Source: a virus
Lineage: Duplodnaviria; Heunggongvirae; Uroviricota; Caudoviricetes; Herelleviridae
DNA length: 64,000 bases
Virus record (IMG/VR): IMGVR_UViG_2974580128_000001
Direction: 5' to 3' (one strand)
Of the stretch, positions 8,557 to 17,609 are shown piece by piece; positions within the stretch are counted from its first letter, which is position 1; each line of letters begins with the position of its first letter. Both the position numbers and the translations under genes were made by a program. The notes under the pieces are model-generated. The model saw only the letters and a list, made by a program, of their open reading frames with translations, searched no databases and was not told the origin of the DNA.

Positions 8557-8784
8557 TTAGTCTTCCTCCATACTTAATGGGTCTTGTAGGTAGAAGTCGG
8601 AGATTCCCCATTTGTTTATATAAGTAATTTCTCCTTCTTTACTACCTGTCACTTGCCTTAACTCATATGTGATTTCTTCCCCGTCTTCACGAGAGTTTCC
8701 GTATTTGTCTATTATGAATAATGGAGTCTTCTCTGTGTCTAATAGTTCGTAACGCTCACCTGTTAGCTTGTGTATATAAATCAT
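8557..8784 (-). CDS. hypothetical protein
   Basis: 75-aa ORF, RBS aaggagggat. Confidence 0.5.
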   Translation of the reverse strand: MIYIHKLTGERYELLDTEKTPLFIIDKYGNSREDGEEITYELRQVTGSKEGEITYINKWGISDFYLQDPLSMEED

Positions 8785-8785
8785 G

Positions 8786-9019
8786 TTATCCCTCCTTTAG
8801 AATAATACACATATAGATACAATCACCATAGTTTTCACTGTCATATGTGATATAGTCTACTTCATAGTCTAGTAATTGTTCTGGGAAATCTTTTGAGTAA
8901 AACTCTGTACGCCATGACCGTTCTGCACAATAGGGTTCCCCGTCAAAGTCTTTAATATAGATTCGGAAAGAGTCACCAACTGATAAGATGTCTCTAACTT
9001 GTCTAAGTGTTAATTTCAA
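8786..9019 (-). CDS. hypothetical protein
   Basis: 77-aa ORF, RBS ggaggtgc. Confidence 0.5.
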   Translation of the reverse strand: MKLTLRQVRDILSVGDSFRIYIKDFDGEPYCAERSWRTEFYSKDFPEQLLDYEVDYITYDSENYGDCIYMCIILKEG

Positions 9020-9086
9020 ATGTCTTGCACCTCCGGTTCCGTGATTTCTAGGACAGCTATTATCTGTAGATTACACTTAAAGTGTA

Positions 9087-9605
9087 TTACTCTCCGCTTA
9101 AACAGTCTATGTCTATTCGAACCCTACTAATAGCTTTACCTAATAAGTTTAGCCCCTGCCATTGTTCTGGGTAGTTAATACGTAAGTCATCCGCTTTTAG
9201 ACCAACACCCCAAATCCTATCATAAGGACTAGCTTCAACAAATACTGTATCCTTCGGAAAGCTTAACAGAAAATCTAATAGCTCCTTATTCTGTGTAAAC
9301 TTATAAAAATTTCCATAGTAAACAATGCGTTCTCTAACAAGTTGCCATGCAGATTCATCGAAGTTCTTCACTTTTCTCCCCAATGCCTTTGCTTCTTTAG
9401 GTGTAGCAACTTGTAATATCTTACTTCCTGTCTCAAAATCACCAAAATAAATAGCTTTGTTATACATCATAAAATGTTCGCATGTAGGGAAAGATATGGT
9501 ACCTTCTAAGGCAGTGAATGATGCAGGATACCATTGAGATAAACATTCTTTTCCTATTTTATTTGGATTTTTAGTAGTATGTCCCCAAAAAGGCACAATA
9601 GCCAT
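9087..9605 (-). CDS. NADAR-domain (DUF1768 / YbiA-like) protein
   Basis: FWGH...FP(T/S)CEH(F/Y)...YNKA motifs typical of the NADAR/YbiA fold; 172 aa. Confidence 0.6.
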   Translation of the reverse strand: MAIVPFWGHTTKNPNKIGKECLSQWYPASFTALEGTISFPTCEHFMMYNKAIYFGDFETGSKILQVATPKEAKALGRKVKNFDESAWQLVRERIVYYGNFYKFTQNKELLDFLLSFPKDTVFVEASPYDRIWGVGLKADDLRINYPEQWQGLNLLGKAISRVRIDIDCLSGE

Positions 9606-9617
9606 AATTAATTCCCC

Positions 9618-9815
9618 CTATACCCATGAAATCTTTCTATTTTGTTGCGGACGGAACACCCCTACCTTACGTGTATGAATATCCCTACCTATAATAGCGT
9701 AAGGATTGTAATCTATCACTTCATACAAACGTACAGTGTAGGGGTGTTCTTCTCTTATAAAGCTACTAGCTTCCGCAATACTAAAAACTTTGTTAACAAT
9801 ACGTACTGCTTTCAT
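9618..9815 (-). CDS. hypothetical protein
   Basis: 65-aa ORF, TAATG-coupled to the upstream ORF. Confidence 0.45.
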   Translation of the reverse strand: MKAVRIVNKVFSIAEASSFIREEHPYTVRLYEVIDYNPYAIIGRDIHTRKVGVFRPQQNRKISWV

Positions 9816-9979
9816 TACGCACCACTGTACCTTTCTTGCTCTTCATAAATAGCCATGTCTTCTTGTAGTTCTATGTCTCTGTCTATACAGCTATAGCAGG
9901 TTTCGAAGGTGTAGTCGAAGTCACAGTCTAATTCACTCGCTAGTCTTCCACAACTAGCACAACGTACCTCATTTTCCAT
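9815..9979 (-). CDS. small zinc-ribbon protein (54 aa)
   Basis: ATG at 9979-9977 overlaps the stop of 9979..10365 (TAATG); CxxC...CxxC; below ORF-track cutoff. Confidence 0.4.
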   Translation of the reverse strand: MENEVRCASCGRLASELDCDFDYTFETCYSCIDRDIELQEDMAIYEEQERYSGA

Positions 9980-10365
9980 TACTTTGCACTCCCAATATAT
10001 TGAACAAAGTAATTTGAGCCTTTTTTAGCTAAAGTAAACATAGCTGTAACTTCTCCTTGTTCTATTGCTTCATGAGTAATTAAGTCTACTAAATTAGCAC
10101 TACTCATATTTGCAATGAAATCCTCCCCACAAGGATGACCCTCTACAAGTATATATGCTCCTGATGCTGAACGACCCCTGTAAGAGTCTAGGATACGAAT
10201 GTGTCCTTTAAAATCTACCTTTTCAATTACTTGGTATTCTTCGGGGTAAAGTTTAATATAAGCATCCCCGTTTCCATAGTCAAGTAACCGCCAATCAGTT
10301 AACCCTCTTGCTTTATCTGGTACCCAACGGTTGTTGGTTCTTTCTAAATAATATGTTACTGCCAT
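9979..10365 (-). CDS. hypothetical protein
   Basis: 128-aa ORF, RBS aaggagga. Confidence 0.55.
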   Translation of the reverse strand: MAVTYYLERTNNRWVPDKARGLTDWRLLDYGNGDAYIKLYPEEYQVIEKVDFKGHIRILDSYRGRSASGAYILVEGHPCGEDFIANMSSANLVDLITHEAIEQGEVTAMFTLAKKGSNYFVQYIGSAK

Positions 10366-10387
10366 TATTTCTCCTCCTTGTTAGGTA

Positions 10388-10825
10388 TTACTCCCATAGG
10401 AATATATCGTTTCTTATAACAAAAATGTCTTCTAGCGGAGTATTATAATGCAACTCTACATTATGATTCTCTTTCATGTAGGTTTTTGCATAATCAAATA
10501 AATGCTCTGGACACTTAAAACTAAATGAACCGCCATCTGCATCTTTGCAGGCTATATGCTCTTCCATAGTACTATTGACAAACCAGTTTACACACTTTGG
10601 TGGATAACCTAGCATAATTCCTAGTGCATAATCTTTTCCGTGTTTTCCTGATAATTTAGAAAACTCAGCTAGTTGTTCCAATTTAGAAACAACAAGTATG
10701 TCATTTTTGCCTACAGAAGTTGCAAAATGCTCCCGTACAACACGTTTAAGTTCTGGTGTCCCAATAAAGATGGTATCTCTTAGTCCCAAATTAAATGCCA
10801 CAGTTTCTTCTGCTAAAATAACCAT
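10388..10825 (-). CDS. hypothetical protein
   Basis: 145-aa ORF, RBS agaggagagg. Confidence 0.55.
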   Translation of the reverse strand: MVILAEETVAFNLGLRDTIFIGTPELKRVVREHFATSVGKNDILVVSKLEQLAEFSKLSGKHGKDYALGIMLGYPPKCVNWFVNSTMEEHIACKDADGGSFSFKCPEHLFDYAKTYMKENHNVELHYNTPLEDIFVIRNDIFLWE

Positions 10826-10888
10826 GATAACCTCTCCTCTTATACCTAATTACTCTTTTGATAGTTTGCTTCTTCTAATTGTCCTCCT

Positions 10889-12133
10889 CTATTTCGCTTT
10901 AAAATTGTAAACAGGCTTAACAATCTTTTGAATGTCTACTGTATCCTTGATTATTTCTTTGATTTCGTCAGCATCCTTGTATGCTTTTGGTGCTTCATCT
11001 AGTGTACTTTGAACAACAGATGTTGTATAAATACCAGACATTGTTTGTTTAAACTCGTCTAAGTCAAGTAATTCTTTTGCTTTAGAACGAGACAATACAC
11101 GTCCTGCTCCATGGGGTGCAGAATTATTCCAATCAGTGTTTCCTTTTCCTACACCGATGATAGAGCCTTCTTTCATGTTTAAAGGAATAACAAGTCTAAC
11201 ACCCTCCTGTGCATCTGTGGCACCTTTACGAATAGTGTTGGAATCTACATCAATATAATTATGAATAGAGTCAAATAAGTCAACTACAGTCCAACCCATG
11301 TTAGCAACAATCTTATCAATGATAGTTTTACGATTCATGTAAGCATAACGTTGTGCTAGTTGCATATCGTTTAAATAGTCATCCACTGCGGAACCTTCTA
11401 AGTATGGCAATTGTGGTTTAACATTGACAGCTTTAAAATTCTTAATAGCCTCTTGAATTTCTGACTGTCTGCCTTCTTGCTTAAGTGTTTCAATCATAGT
11501 TGCTAAACCTTTGTCATCACGTTCATGGTATAAATCCGCTTTCTTCTGGTGATATTGGGCTACTTTAAGTCCTAAAGAACGGGAACCTGTGTGAACTAAC
11601 AAGTAGTAATTGTTTTCGTCATCTTTACTTAATTCGATAAAATGATTTCCACCACCTAAAGTACCTAAAGACAAGGTAACACGTTCAATAAATGGTTCTT
11701 CTGTTGCACCTTTAAACGTCATAGATTCTAACATGTGCTTAATCGTATTCGGTACAGTAGGATGAAGTTCGTCCAAATTTTCTCTAATGTTAAACCCAGA
11801 AGGAACCACTTTGTTAATCACTGCATCCAATTTAGCCCATTCGGTATCTGTCGTGTCTTCTGGCTTTTCAATTTGAGCTACCATAATACCACAACCTACA
11901 TCTACGCCAACAATAGAGGGTACAACTCGATTGATACCATCTGGATAATGAATTGTTGTCCCAACTGTAGAACCTTTACCATAGTGTGCATCTGGCATAA
12001 TTCTAACAATGCCACCGTCTGTTACCGGTTCATTAATCATTGTTGTAACCTGACCGATAGTGCCTTCATCCACCGTGTTAATAAACATTTTCGCATCGGT
12101 ATACTTACCATTAAGTTCAATTAAGTTATTCAT
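10889..12133 (-). CDS. rtcB: RtcB-family RNA 3'-phosphate ligase
   Basis: 414 aa; GGGNHFIEL and HGAGR motifs characteristic of RtcB. Confidence 0.85.
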   Translation of the reverse strand: MNNLIELNGKYTDAKMFINTVDEGTIGQVTTMINEPVTDGGIVRIMPDAHYGKGSTVGTTIHYPDGINRVVPSIVGVDVGCGIMVAQIEKPEDTTDTEWAKLDAVINKVVPSGFNIRENLDELHPTVPNTIKHMLESMTFKGATEEPFIERVTLSLGTLGGGNHFIELSKDDENNYYLLVHTGSRSLGLKVAQYHQKKADLYHERDDKGLATMIETLKQEGRQSEIQEAIKNFKAVNVKPQLPYLEGSAVDDYLNDMQLAQRYAYMNRKTIIDKIVANMGWTVVDLFDSIHNYIDVDSNTIRKGATDAQEGVRLVIPLNMKEGSIIGVGKGNTDWNNSAPHGAGRVLSRSKAKELLDLDEFKQTMSGIYTTSVVQSTLDEAPKAYKDADEIKEIIKDTVDIQKIVKPVYNFKAK

Positions 12134-12314
12134 CAGTTTTCTCCCCCACTAATACTTTCTTCATCTTTTCATCTAGTCTCTGTATAATCTCTTGTTGTTC
12201 CTGAGCTAGCTTTGCATGGTGTTCACGCTGTTTTTTATATTTAGCATAAGCAAATAGTTCTTCTGTAGTTAGTTCTTCTAATTTACGTGTAAATGGTGTA
12301 GCTTCAAATTCCAT
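12126..12314 (-). CDS. small coiled-coil protein
   Basis: 62-aa ORF coupled to rtcB (ATG of rtcB overlaps its stop). Confidence 0.45.
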   Translation of the reverse strand: MEFEATPFTRKLEELTTEELFAYAKYKKQREHHAKLAQEQQEIIQRLDEKMKKVLVGEKTDE

Positions 12315-12402
12315 TACAAGTACCTCCTTGTTTTTTATACTTAAAGTATATCATGTAAGATAAAAAGAAGCAAGCAGTTTTTACACTACTTGCTATACTT
12401 TT

Positions 12403-13146
12403 TTAAACAAATTCTTCTCTTACTTCTCCCCAACTTTGGTCTGGGTCTGGTAAGCTAAAAGGTAGCTTATCCTGTTCTTCCTTAGATAAGCTCTGATAGC
12501 ATTTCTCGTGTACTGCAATGGTTCCAGAACTCCCCTGAGCAATAGGTAACATACTAATCAATTCCCGCATGGCTTCCCTAAACTTTTTATAGTCTTCGTC
12601 TTCATCGTTATCGACTAGGGCATACACATCGCATTCTGCTTTACGTGCATTTGCAATGTTTTCCTCGCTAGGAGCATCATAGAAATTTTTTCTTTGTAAT
12701 TCAAGATACTTGACTGCTTTAGTTAGTCTTTTAGCGTAGTTTTTAGCTATCGGGTCAACATCAATACCATTTTGTAAATACTCTACTAATTGATACTTCG
12801 CATCCCCTGATGAGATACCGAATAAAGATAAGTAACTTGTAGATAAAATATCTCCACTTGGAAGTATCCTGTTAGAACCAAAATGGTGAGAATCCACCCT
12901 ACCAAATTCGGAATCACATATTTCAGAATGGCTATTAGGGTTTGGGACACCATCTGTTGTATGGTCTTCCCCTCTATAGTTCTTATCTTCCACAACACCA
13001 CCATATTCATTGTAATGTCCAACCGTTTCTCCAATTAATTTTCCCTGTCTAACATGCTTTAACCGACAAAGTTCCCCACCATTAAAGCAGTCACCCACAA
13101 TCTGTGTATTGCATACTGGACAAATATAACCAAAACATCCCATCAT
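12403..13146 (-). CDS. hypothetical protein with N-terminal zinc ribbon
   Basis: 247 aa; CPVCN...C...C near the N-terminus. Confidence 0.55.
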   Translation of the reverse strand: MMGCFGYICPVCNTQIVGDCFNGGELCRLKHVRQGKLIGETVGHYNEYGGVVEDKNYRGEDHTTDGVPNPNSHSEICDSEFGRVDSHHFGSNRILPSGDILSTSYLSLFGISSGDAKYQLVEYLQNGIDVDPIAKNYAKRLTKAVKYLELQRKNFYDAPSEENIANARKAECDVYALVDNDEDEDYKKFREAMRELISMLPIAQGSSGTIAVHEKCYQSLSKEEQDKLPFSLPDPDQSWGEVREEFV

Positions 13147-13181
13147 TCTTCCTCCATTTTCTCTTTAATCATATCTAGCAC

Positions 13182-13829
13182 TTATTCTTTGTTGCGGTGC
13201 GGTATATTAAACAAATCAAGAATATCTTGTTCGATACGGTCTTGGTGCGCTCGTGCATTAATAACCTTATCATATTCGTTAACTAGTTCTGTGTATTTAA
13301 TCAAATCCTCTGGGCTTAGTTTATTTAAGTCCAAATCCTCTTTAGTAGGTACTGGTCTAAGACTGAAATAGTTTACACAGACAGTAACATCCTTACTTAC
13401 AGAACAGCGAATTTTGTCAAATACATCCAATTTTTCCAATTCGTCTGGTTGGTCAATATAAACATATATAGAAGGGATACCTTCTGGGTTCCATCTTATC
13501 TCATGTTCCGTCTCTGGGTATTTAACTTTCGCAATTACATACTTTCTGCCAACAGACACTACAGCAGAACCCGCAGTAGCATAATCGTTTCCTACCACCC
13601 AATCCTTAAAATCTTCAAGAGAACCTAAACCCGAAGGATAATGCTTAATCGTCAGCATAGGGTCAATTACTTCAACAACATCGCCTTCTCTAAATTTAAA
13701 AACATCAAATGTAATCGGTTCCCGATTAACCTCATAACCAAATTTTTTAGCAAAAAGCAAATCCCGAGAATAATCTTTTGCTTCATAATATCTCACAAAA
13801 TCAAAACAATTTTCAACTGATGCTCTCAT
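13182..13829 (-). CDS. hypothetical protein (coupled to the LarB-like gene)
   Basis: 215 aa; start overlaps the end of 13813..14571. Confidence 0.55.
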   Translation of the reverse strand: MRASVENCFDFVRYYEAKDYSRDLLFAKKFGYEVNREPITFDVFKFREGDVVEVIDPMLTIKHYPSGLGSLEDFKDWVVGNDYATAGSAVVSVGRKYVIAKVKYPETEHEIRWNPEGIPSIYVYIDQPDELEKLDVFDKIRCSVSKDVTVCVNYFSLRPVPTKEDLDLNKLSPEDLIKYTELVNEYDKVINARAHQDRIEQDILDLFNIPHRNKE

Positions 13830-14571
13830 GTCCTAACCCTCCCACAAGTTGAAGCTCTTCATTTTTAAAGAAGACTTCCCTAGCTTTCTCTATTTGTTCT
13901 AGTATACGTACAGCTTGTGATGCGCCACCAAAACCATTATTGATATTCACAACAGAAATACCAGAAGTGCAACTAGTTAGCGCAGTATTTAACGCTGTGT
14001 AACCATCTGCTGAAATACCGTAACCTGTTGAAGTTGGTACAGCAATAATAGGTAAATCAATTAAACCTGCAAGTACTACAGGTAGTGCTCCCTCAAAGCC
14101 TTGTACAGATACTACCGCATTACTCTTTGTAATAGCATCTGTAGAAGCCATTAGTTTTTTCAAGTCATTTACACCAATGTCATGAAACGACACAGGGACA
14201 TATCCATTTAAAAGTACGGTTAAGTAAGCTTCGTCTACGGTGTCTCTATCAGCTACACCCGCAGATGTAATTGCCACAGATAGGTCACTCTCTGTAGGGT
14301 TTGCACGATAAAACGCTGTCTGACTAGACTTGCAATACACAAAAGGGCTTCCTTCTCCCCAATTATCTACCCAATCTGGTTCCTCTAGTTCCTCTGCTTT
14401 TTCTATAATTTCCCCCCAAGAGAGAACCTGTGATGTTTCAAAAGGTAGTGCATAGAACACGTCTAAAGGTAATTTTGTTACCATGATATTTGTATCTGCG
14501 GGTACCTCTGCAATCTGACTGGCTAGTTCCTGTGCGGTTTTATTTCCACCAAATAGTGTACGTAATTTCAT
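13813..14571 (-). CDS. PurE-fold / LarB-like enzyme (AIR-carboxylase superfamily)
   Basis: C-terminal half aligns by eye with PurE (SAGxxD...VQGFEGALPVVLAGL...PIIAVPTSTG...GxxVVNINNGFGGA), plus a ~90-aa N-terminal domain; overall architecture is LarB-like. Confidence 0.5.
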   Translation of the reverse strand: MKLRTLFGGNKTAQELASQIAEVPADTNIMVTKLPLDVFYALPFETSQVLSWGEIIEKAEELEEPDWVDNWGEGSPFVYCKSSQTAFYRANPTESDLSVAITSAGVADRDTVDEAYLTVLLNGYVPVSFHDIGVNDLKKLMASTDAITKSNAVVSVQGFEGALPVVLAGLIDLPIIAVPTSTGYGISADGYTALNTALTSCTSGISVVNINNGFGGASQAVRILEQIEKAREVFFKNEELQLVGGLGHESIS

Positions 14572-14813
14572 TAGTTAATCTCCTCTAAAAATTTAGTTTT
14601 GTCTACTGGTTCTATCGTTCCATCTTCCTCGATTCCTTGAACTTTGAATAGTAAGAACTCTGGCATCGCACAGACAACAGCAGGGTCATATGCTGTTTCC
14701 GGGTCACATGCCATCTCAAACATGTTAGTGTCTTTGTTATAGAAAAAACATAAGTCCCCGATTCTTTCATCTGGGTATAAAAAGTCAGCAATGTAAAAAG
14801 CCATGTATTTCAT
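14571..14813 (-). CDS. hypothetical protein
   Basis: 80-aa ORF, ATGA-coupled. Confidence 0.45.
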   Translation of the reverse strand: MKYMAFYIADFLYPDERIGDLCFFYNKDTNMFEMACDPETAYDPAVVCAMPEFLLFKVQGIEEDGTIEPVDKTKFLEEIN

Positions 14814-14814
14814 A

Positions 14815-15183
14815 CTAGTTCCCTCCTGTTATTTTATTGTATAGTTTAGTAAGAAATCCAATCTTTTTATTGCTAGGTTCAGTTATCAACCATGTTATTG
14901 TTAGTGATTTAATTCGTGGAGCCAAAGCATTTTGCAGATAAGTTACATAGTCATTCTCTTGGACAGATACTGAATAGCCCTTTCCTATTAAAAATCGGTT
15001 AACTGCCTCTACCTCCTGCTTGTTAATATTAATGTCAGAGATAACACACCAGTATTGCCCTAGCTCCACTGCTTCCTTAATACTAGGTAGTACCTTATTT
15101 TTAATAAAGTCTACGGAATTTTGGACTAACATTTCCTGTTCTTTTTCAACAGTCTTATTATAAACCTCCTCTGCTGACATCAT
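14815..15183 (-). CDS. hypothetical protein
   Basis: 122-aa ORF. Confidence 0.5.
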   Translation of the reverse strand: MMSAEEVYNKTVEKEQEMLVQNSVDFIKNKVLPSIKEAVELGQYWCVISDININKQEVEAVNRFLIGKGYSVSVQENDYVTYLQNALAPRIKSLTITWLITEPSNKKIGFLTKLYNKITGGN

Positions 15184-16034
15184 TATGCACCAACTCCAAT
15201 TTCTTCATCTAGCTTTAAGGATTTAATCTTATTACTAAACATGTTAGCTTGCTCATTATAATGTAAAGCTAACAACATCTTAATGTTATTTTCAAACTCA
15301 GATGCTTTTGAATCCACATATGCTTCCCGCACTAGTGAATACATTGTGATGTTATCTTTACAGAATGCCCAAAGAGGCGTATCCAACTCACTTTTTAGCA
15401 CACGAGTTTTAAACAGACAGTCTGGCTCTTTGCTACGGTTCTCAATTTGCTTTTCTGTAATTTTCAAGTCTTCTTCTCGGATTTTCATTACACGAGTGGT
15501 ACATGTAAAGTCTCCTTCGGTTACTTCCGATGGTCTAACATCTACTCGTACACCAACTAAATATAAAGAATCCTCTCTTGAAATGTATACAGGTTCTATG
15601 TCCACAATCTTAGTGAATGGGCACTCGTAACCATTCTTAGCAAACCAATCTGTAATTAAGGACTGTAACTCATCTTGCTTATCCTCTGGAATCTCATCTG
15701 TTAGGTAGTAGTCCTCTGCAACTTCCCCAACTTCTTCATAGACCATCTCTTGTGTACGTTCCAAGAATGAATCAACATCTACAGGGAGATAAACCGGAGC
15801 CACTCTTCCAACTACAAAACTGTTGATTGGTTCTTCTGGTAGAAATCCTAAAATATCCTCTACGTGTTCCCAGATTTCTTCTACAAAAGTTTTCCCATTT
15901 CTAACGGCATCTACGGCTAGTTTACCTGCATGAATAGCCTCTTCCTTGGTATCGAAATAAGCACAAGCTCTCCAAACTTCTACATCTGTATCACTTGCAC
16001 ACATCCATTTTCCTACTAAAGACTCATTACTCAT
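15183..16034 (-). CDS. hypothetical protein
   Basis: 283-aa ORF, coupled. Confidence 0.55.
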   Translation of the reverse strand: MSNESLVGKWMCASDTDVEVWRACAYFDTKEEAIHAGKLAVDAVRNGKTFVEEIWEHVEDILGFLPEEPINSFVVGRVAPVYLPVDVDSFLERTQEMVYEEVGEVAEDYYLTDEIPEDKQDELQSLITDWFAKNGYECPFTKIVDIEPVYISREDSLYLVGVRVDVRPSEVTEGDFTCTTRVMKIREEDLKITEKQIENRSKEPDCLFKTRVLKSELDTPLWAFCKDNITMYSLVREAYVDSKASEFENNIKMLLALHYNEQANMFSNKIKSLKLDEEIGVGA

Positions 16035-16345
16035 TTTTTCTTTCCTCCCATTTTATCCTTATCTAGACCCCATATATGTGCCCATTTACGACAAAAGTGT
16101 TTATCATAATCTAAGTCCATACCGGTAGCACCTTCGAAGTCTTTAAACTCTTCATAAAATTCCGATTCTTTAAACTCATCCCACTTTTTCAATTCAACCA
16201 TCCTATACATGAGTTGGTCAAATTGATAGTCTGGTATTTTAATTGCATCTAATTCATAATACAGATAACTGTGTAGTAGTAAAGCACGCTCTGTCATATT
16301 TATAAAGGACAGGTTATCTAGTATAGTATTATTTACAACGGTCAC
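16031..16345 (-). CDS. hypothetical protein
   Basis: 104-aa ORF. Confidence 0.5.
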   Translation of the reverse strand: MTVVNNTILDNLSFINMTERALLLHSYLYYELDAIKIPDYQFDQLMYRMVELKKWDEFKESEFYEEFKDFEGATGMDLDYDKHFCRKWAHIWGLDKDKMGGKKK

Positions 16346-16348
16346 TTG

Positions 16349-16627
16349 TTACTCCCCCGGAATTGAAATTATTACTTCTATATCTAACACAGCCATAATC
16401 TTAAACAAGGACGGTAAGCTAATTACAGTTAACCCGTTTTCATATGTAGAAATGGCTTTTTGTGTAATGCCTGCCTTTGTAGCTAATGCACGTTGAGATA
16501 GACCTTGTTCTTCTCGTGCACTATGAATATAGCCTCGTAATGTATCAGATAAGGCACGTGTGTATTCTTCTGTATCATCCTTATTAACACCCAGTTCAGC
16601 AACTGTTTCGGTTAAATTGATTTTCAT
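16349..16627 (-). CDS. XRE-family helix-turn-helix transcriptional regulator
   Basis: GLSQRALATKAGITQKAISTYENG HTH motif; first gene after promoter at 16658-16686. Confidence 0.7.
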   Translation of the reverse strand: MKINLTETVAELGVNKDDTEEYTRALSDTLRGYIHSAREEQGLSQRALATKAGITQKAISTYENGLTVISLPSLFKIMAVLDIEVIISIPGE

Positions 16628-16657
16628 GTTTTCTCCTCCTTACCTTTCTATACTCAT

Positions 16658-16686
16658 AGTATATCAGATACCTTTCAGTACGTCAA
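16658..16686 (-). promoter_or_regulatory. minus-strand sigma-A-type promoter (TTGACG-17-TATACT)
   Basis: plus-strand text agtata...cgtcaacaac; member of the conserved (a)agtcaacac promoter family upstream of minus-strand genes. Confidence 0.55.
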
Positions 16687-16716
16687 CAACTTTAAATAAA
16701 AAAATCCTAGTAAATA

Positions 16717-17058
16717 CTAGGATTTTTTCTCTCTTTTTATTGCATCTGCGAGCATCTCACTAAAACAGGTTCCCCCATTATAGAAGGTAAACAAAAAGTT
16801 ATACATGTCTGGTTCACCCTCCACAGGAGTAAGTAAAGACACTTCATCATTATCTAAGATAGTTTGTTCGACCGCATGATAAAGGTCATCCTCTACTTTA
16901 ACGTAGCTATCATAATTCTCTTCTAAAAACCACTCCATGTCACTATCATAATAACTAGGTCGTTCTCCTCTACTTTGTGTAAACAAACTAACTACTTGAT
17001 ACTGTTCTACTTCTGTAAGCTTACGTACCTTGCCTACACGTGTTTCCATTTCTGACAT
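16717..17058 (-). CDS. hypothetical protein
   Basis: 113-aa ORF. Confidence 0.5.
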   Translation of the reverse strand: MSEMETRVGKVRKLTEVEQYQVVSLFTQSRGERPSYYDSDMEWFLEENYDSYVKVEDDLYHAVEQTILDNDEVSLLTPVEGEPDMYNFLFTFYNGGTCFSEMLADAIKREKKS

Positions 17059-17070
17059 TATATTTACTCC

Positions 17071-17301
17071 TTAAATATGGTCTTTGTCTTTAAACGTTTC
17101 GTAAGAATAATGTACCTGCGTGATAACATGGAAGACCTTATCACAATTTGGACAAGTTGTTTCCCAAATTGCCCCTTCCTCCATATTCTCTGAACTATAG
17201 ATTCCAGAATGATACAGGTCTTCCTCGTCTTTCATAGTTTCTTCACAGAATGGACAAGTGGGGTACAGTTCCTTCTCTTCTATAATGTATCCTTTATACA
17301 T
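17071..17301 (-). CDS. zinc-ribbon protein
   Basis: CPFCEE...CPNCDK. Confidence 0.5.
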   Translation of the reverse strand: MYKGYIIEEKELYPTCPFCEETMKDEEDLYHSGIYSSENMEEGAIWETTCPNCDKVFHVITQVHYSYETFKDKDHI

Positions 17302-17312
17302 AATAACTCTCC

Positions 17313-17609
17313 CTACTTAAACGCTTCATCTAAATCAAGTTCACGTTTTGCGATTTCAGTGATTTCTTCAATGGCTTCTTGGTATTCTCGGATAGTTGTA
17401 ATCTCTTTACCATTTCCTCCTAAGACCCAATGACGTTGAATCATGTGTAAAGCTTTTGTAAGGTTCGTTTGGTAACCGATAAGCGCAACATTCTCGTTTC
17501 CTTTTTTGTCGTAAGTGATTTCTCCTCTGTCGTTACGAACCACACGTTTTACGGTTACGTTGTCTGCATCACTAGTAATACGGTAGTCTAATACTTTCAT
17601 GTTTAACAT
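17313..17609 (-). CDS. hypothetical protein
   Basis: 98-aa ORF. Confidence 0.5.
   Translation of the reverse strand: MLNMKVLDYRITSDADNVTVKRVVRNDRGEITYDKKGNENVALIGYQTNLTKALHMIQRHWVLGGNGKEITTIREYQEAIEEITEIAKRELDLDEAFK

Noticed and set aside
11735-12124. 129-aa plus-strand ORF antisense to rtcB
   Set aside because: Entirely inside the strongly supported rtcB CDS on the other strand; low-complexity composition and no RBS. The same reasoning applies to other antisense ORFs (895..1215, 2839..3051, 3138..3374, 3530..3790, 3913..4098, 12786..13034, 13189..13371, 15283..15630, 16560..16763, 17209..17433, 22259..22510, 23097..23345, 23495..23713, 24802..25032, 25816..26049, 26206..26403, 28095..28340, 29004..29189, 31153..31428, 31785..31967, 32072..32281, 34997..35266, 35848..36096, 37061..37366, 38328..38519, 41544..41744, 42386..42571, 42643..42849, 42875..43060, 44047..44229, 60314..60637, 61118..61345, 63603..63851, 9642..9848, 10698..10910, 8160..8363, 7692..7943, 20972..21181, 57795..58088, 58085..58300, 58322..58546)
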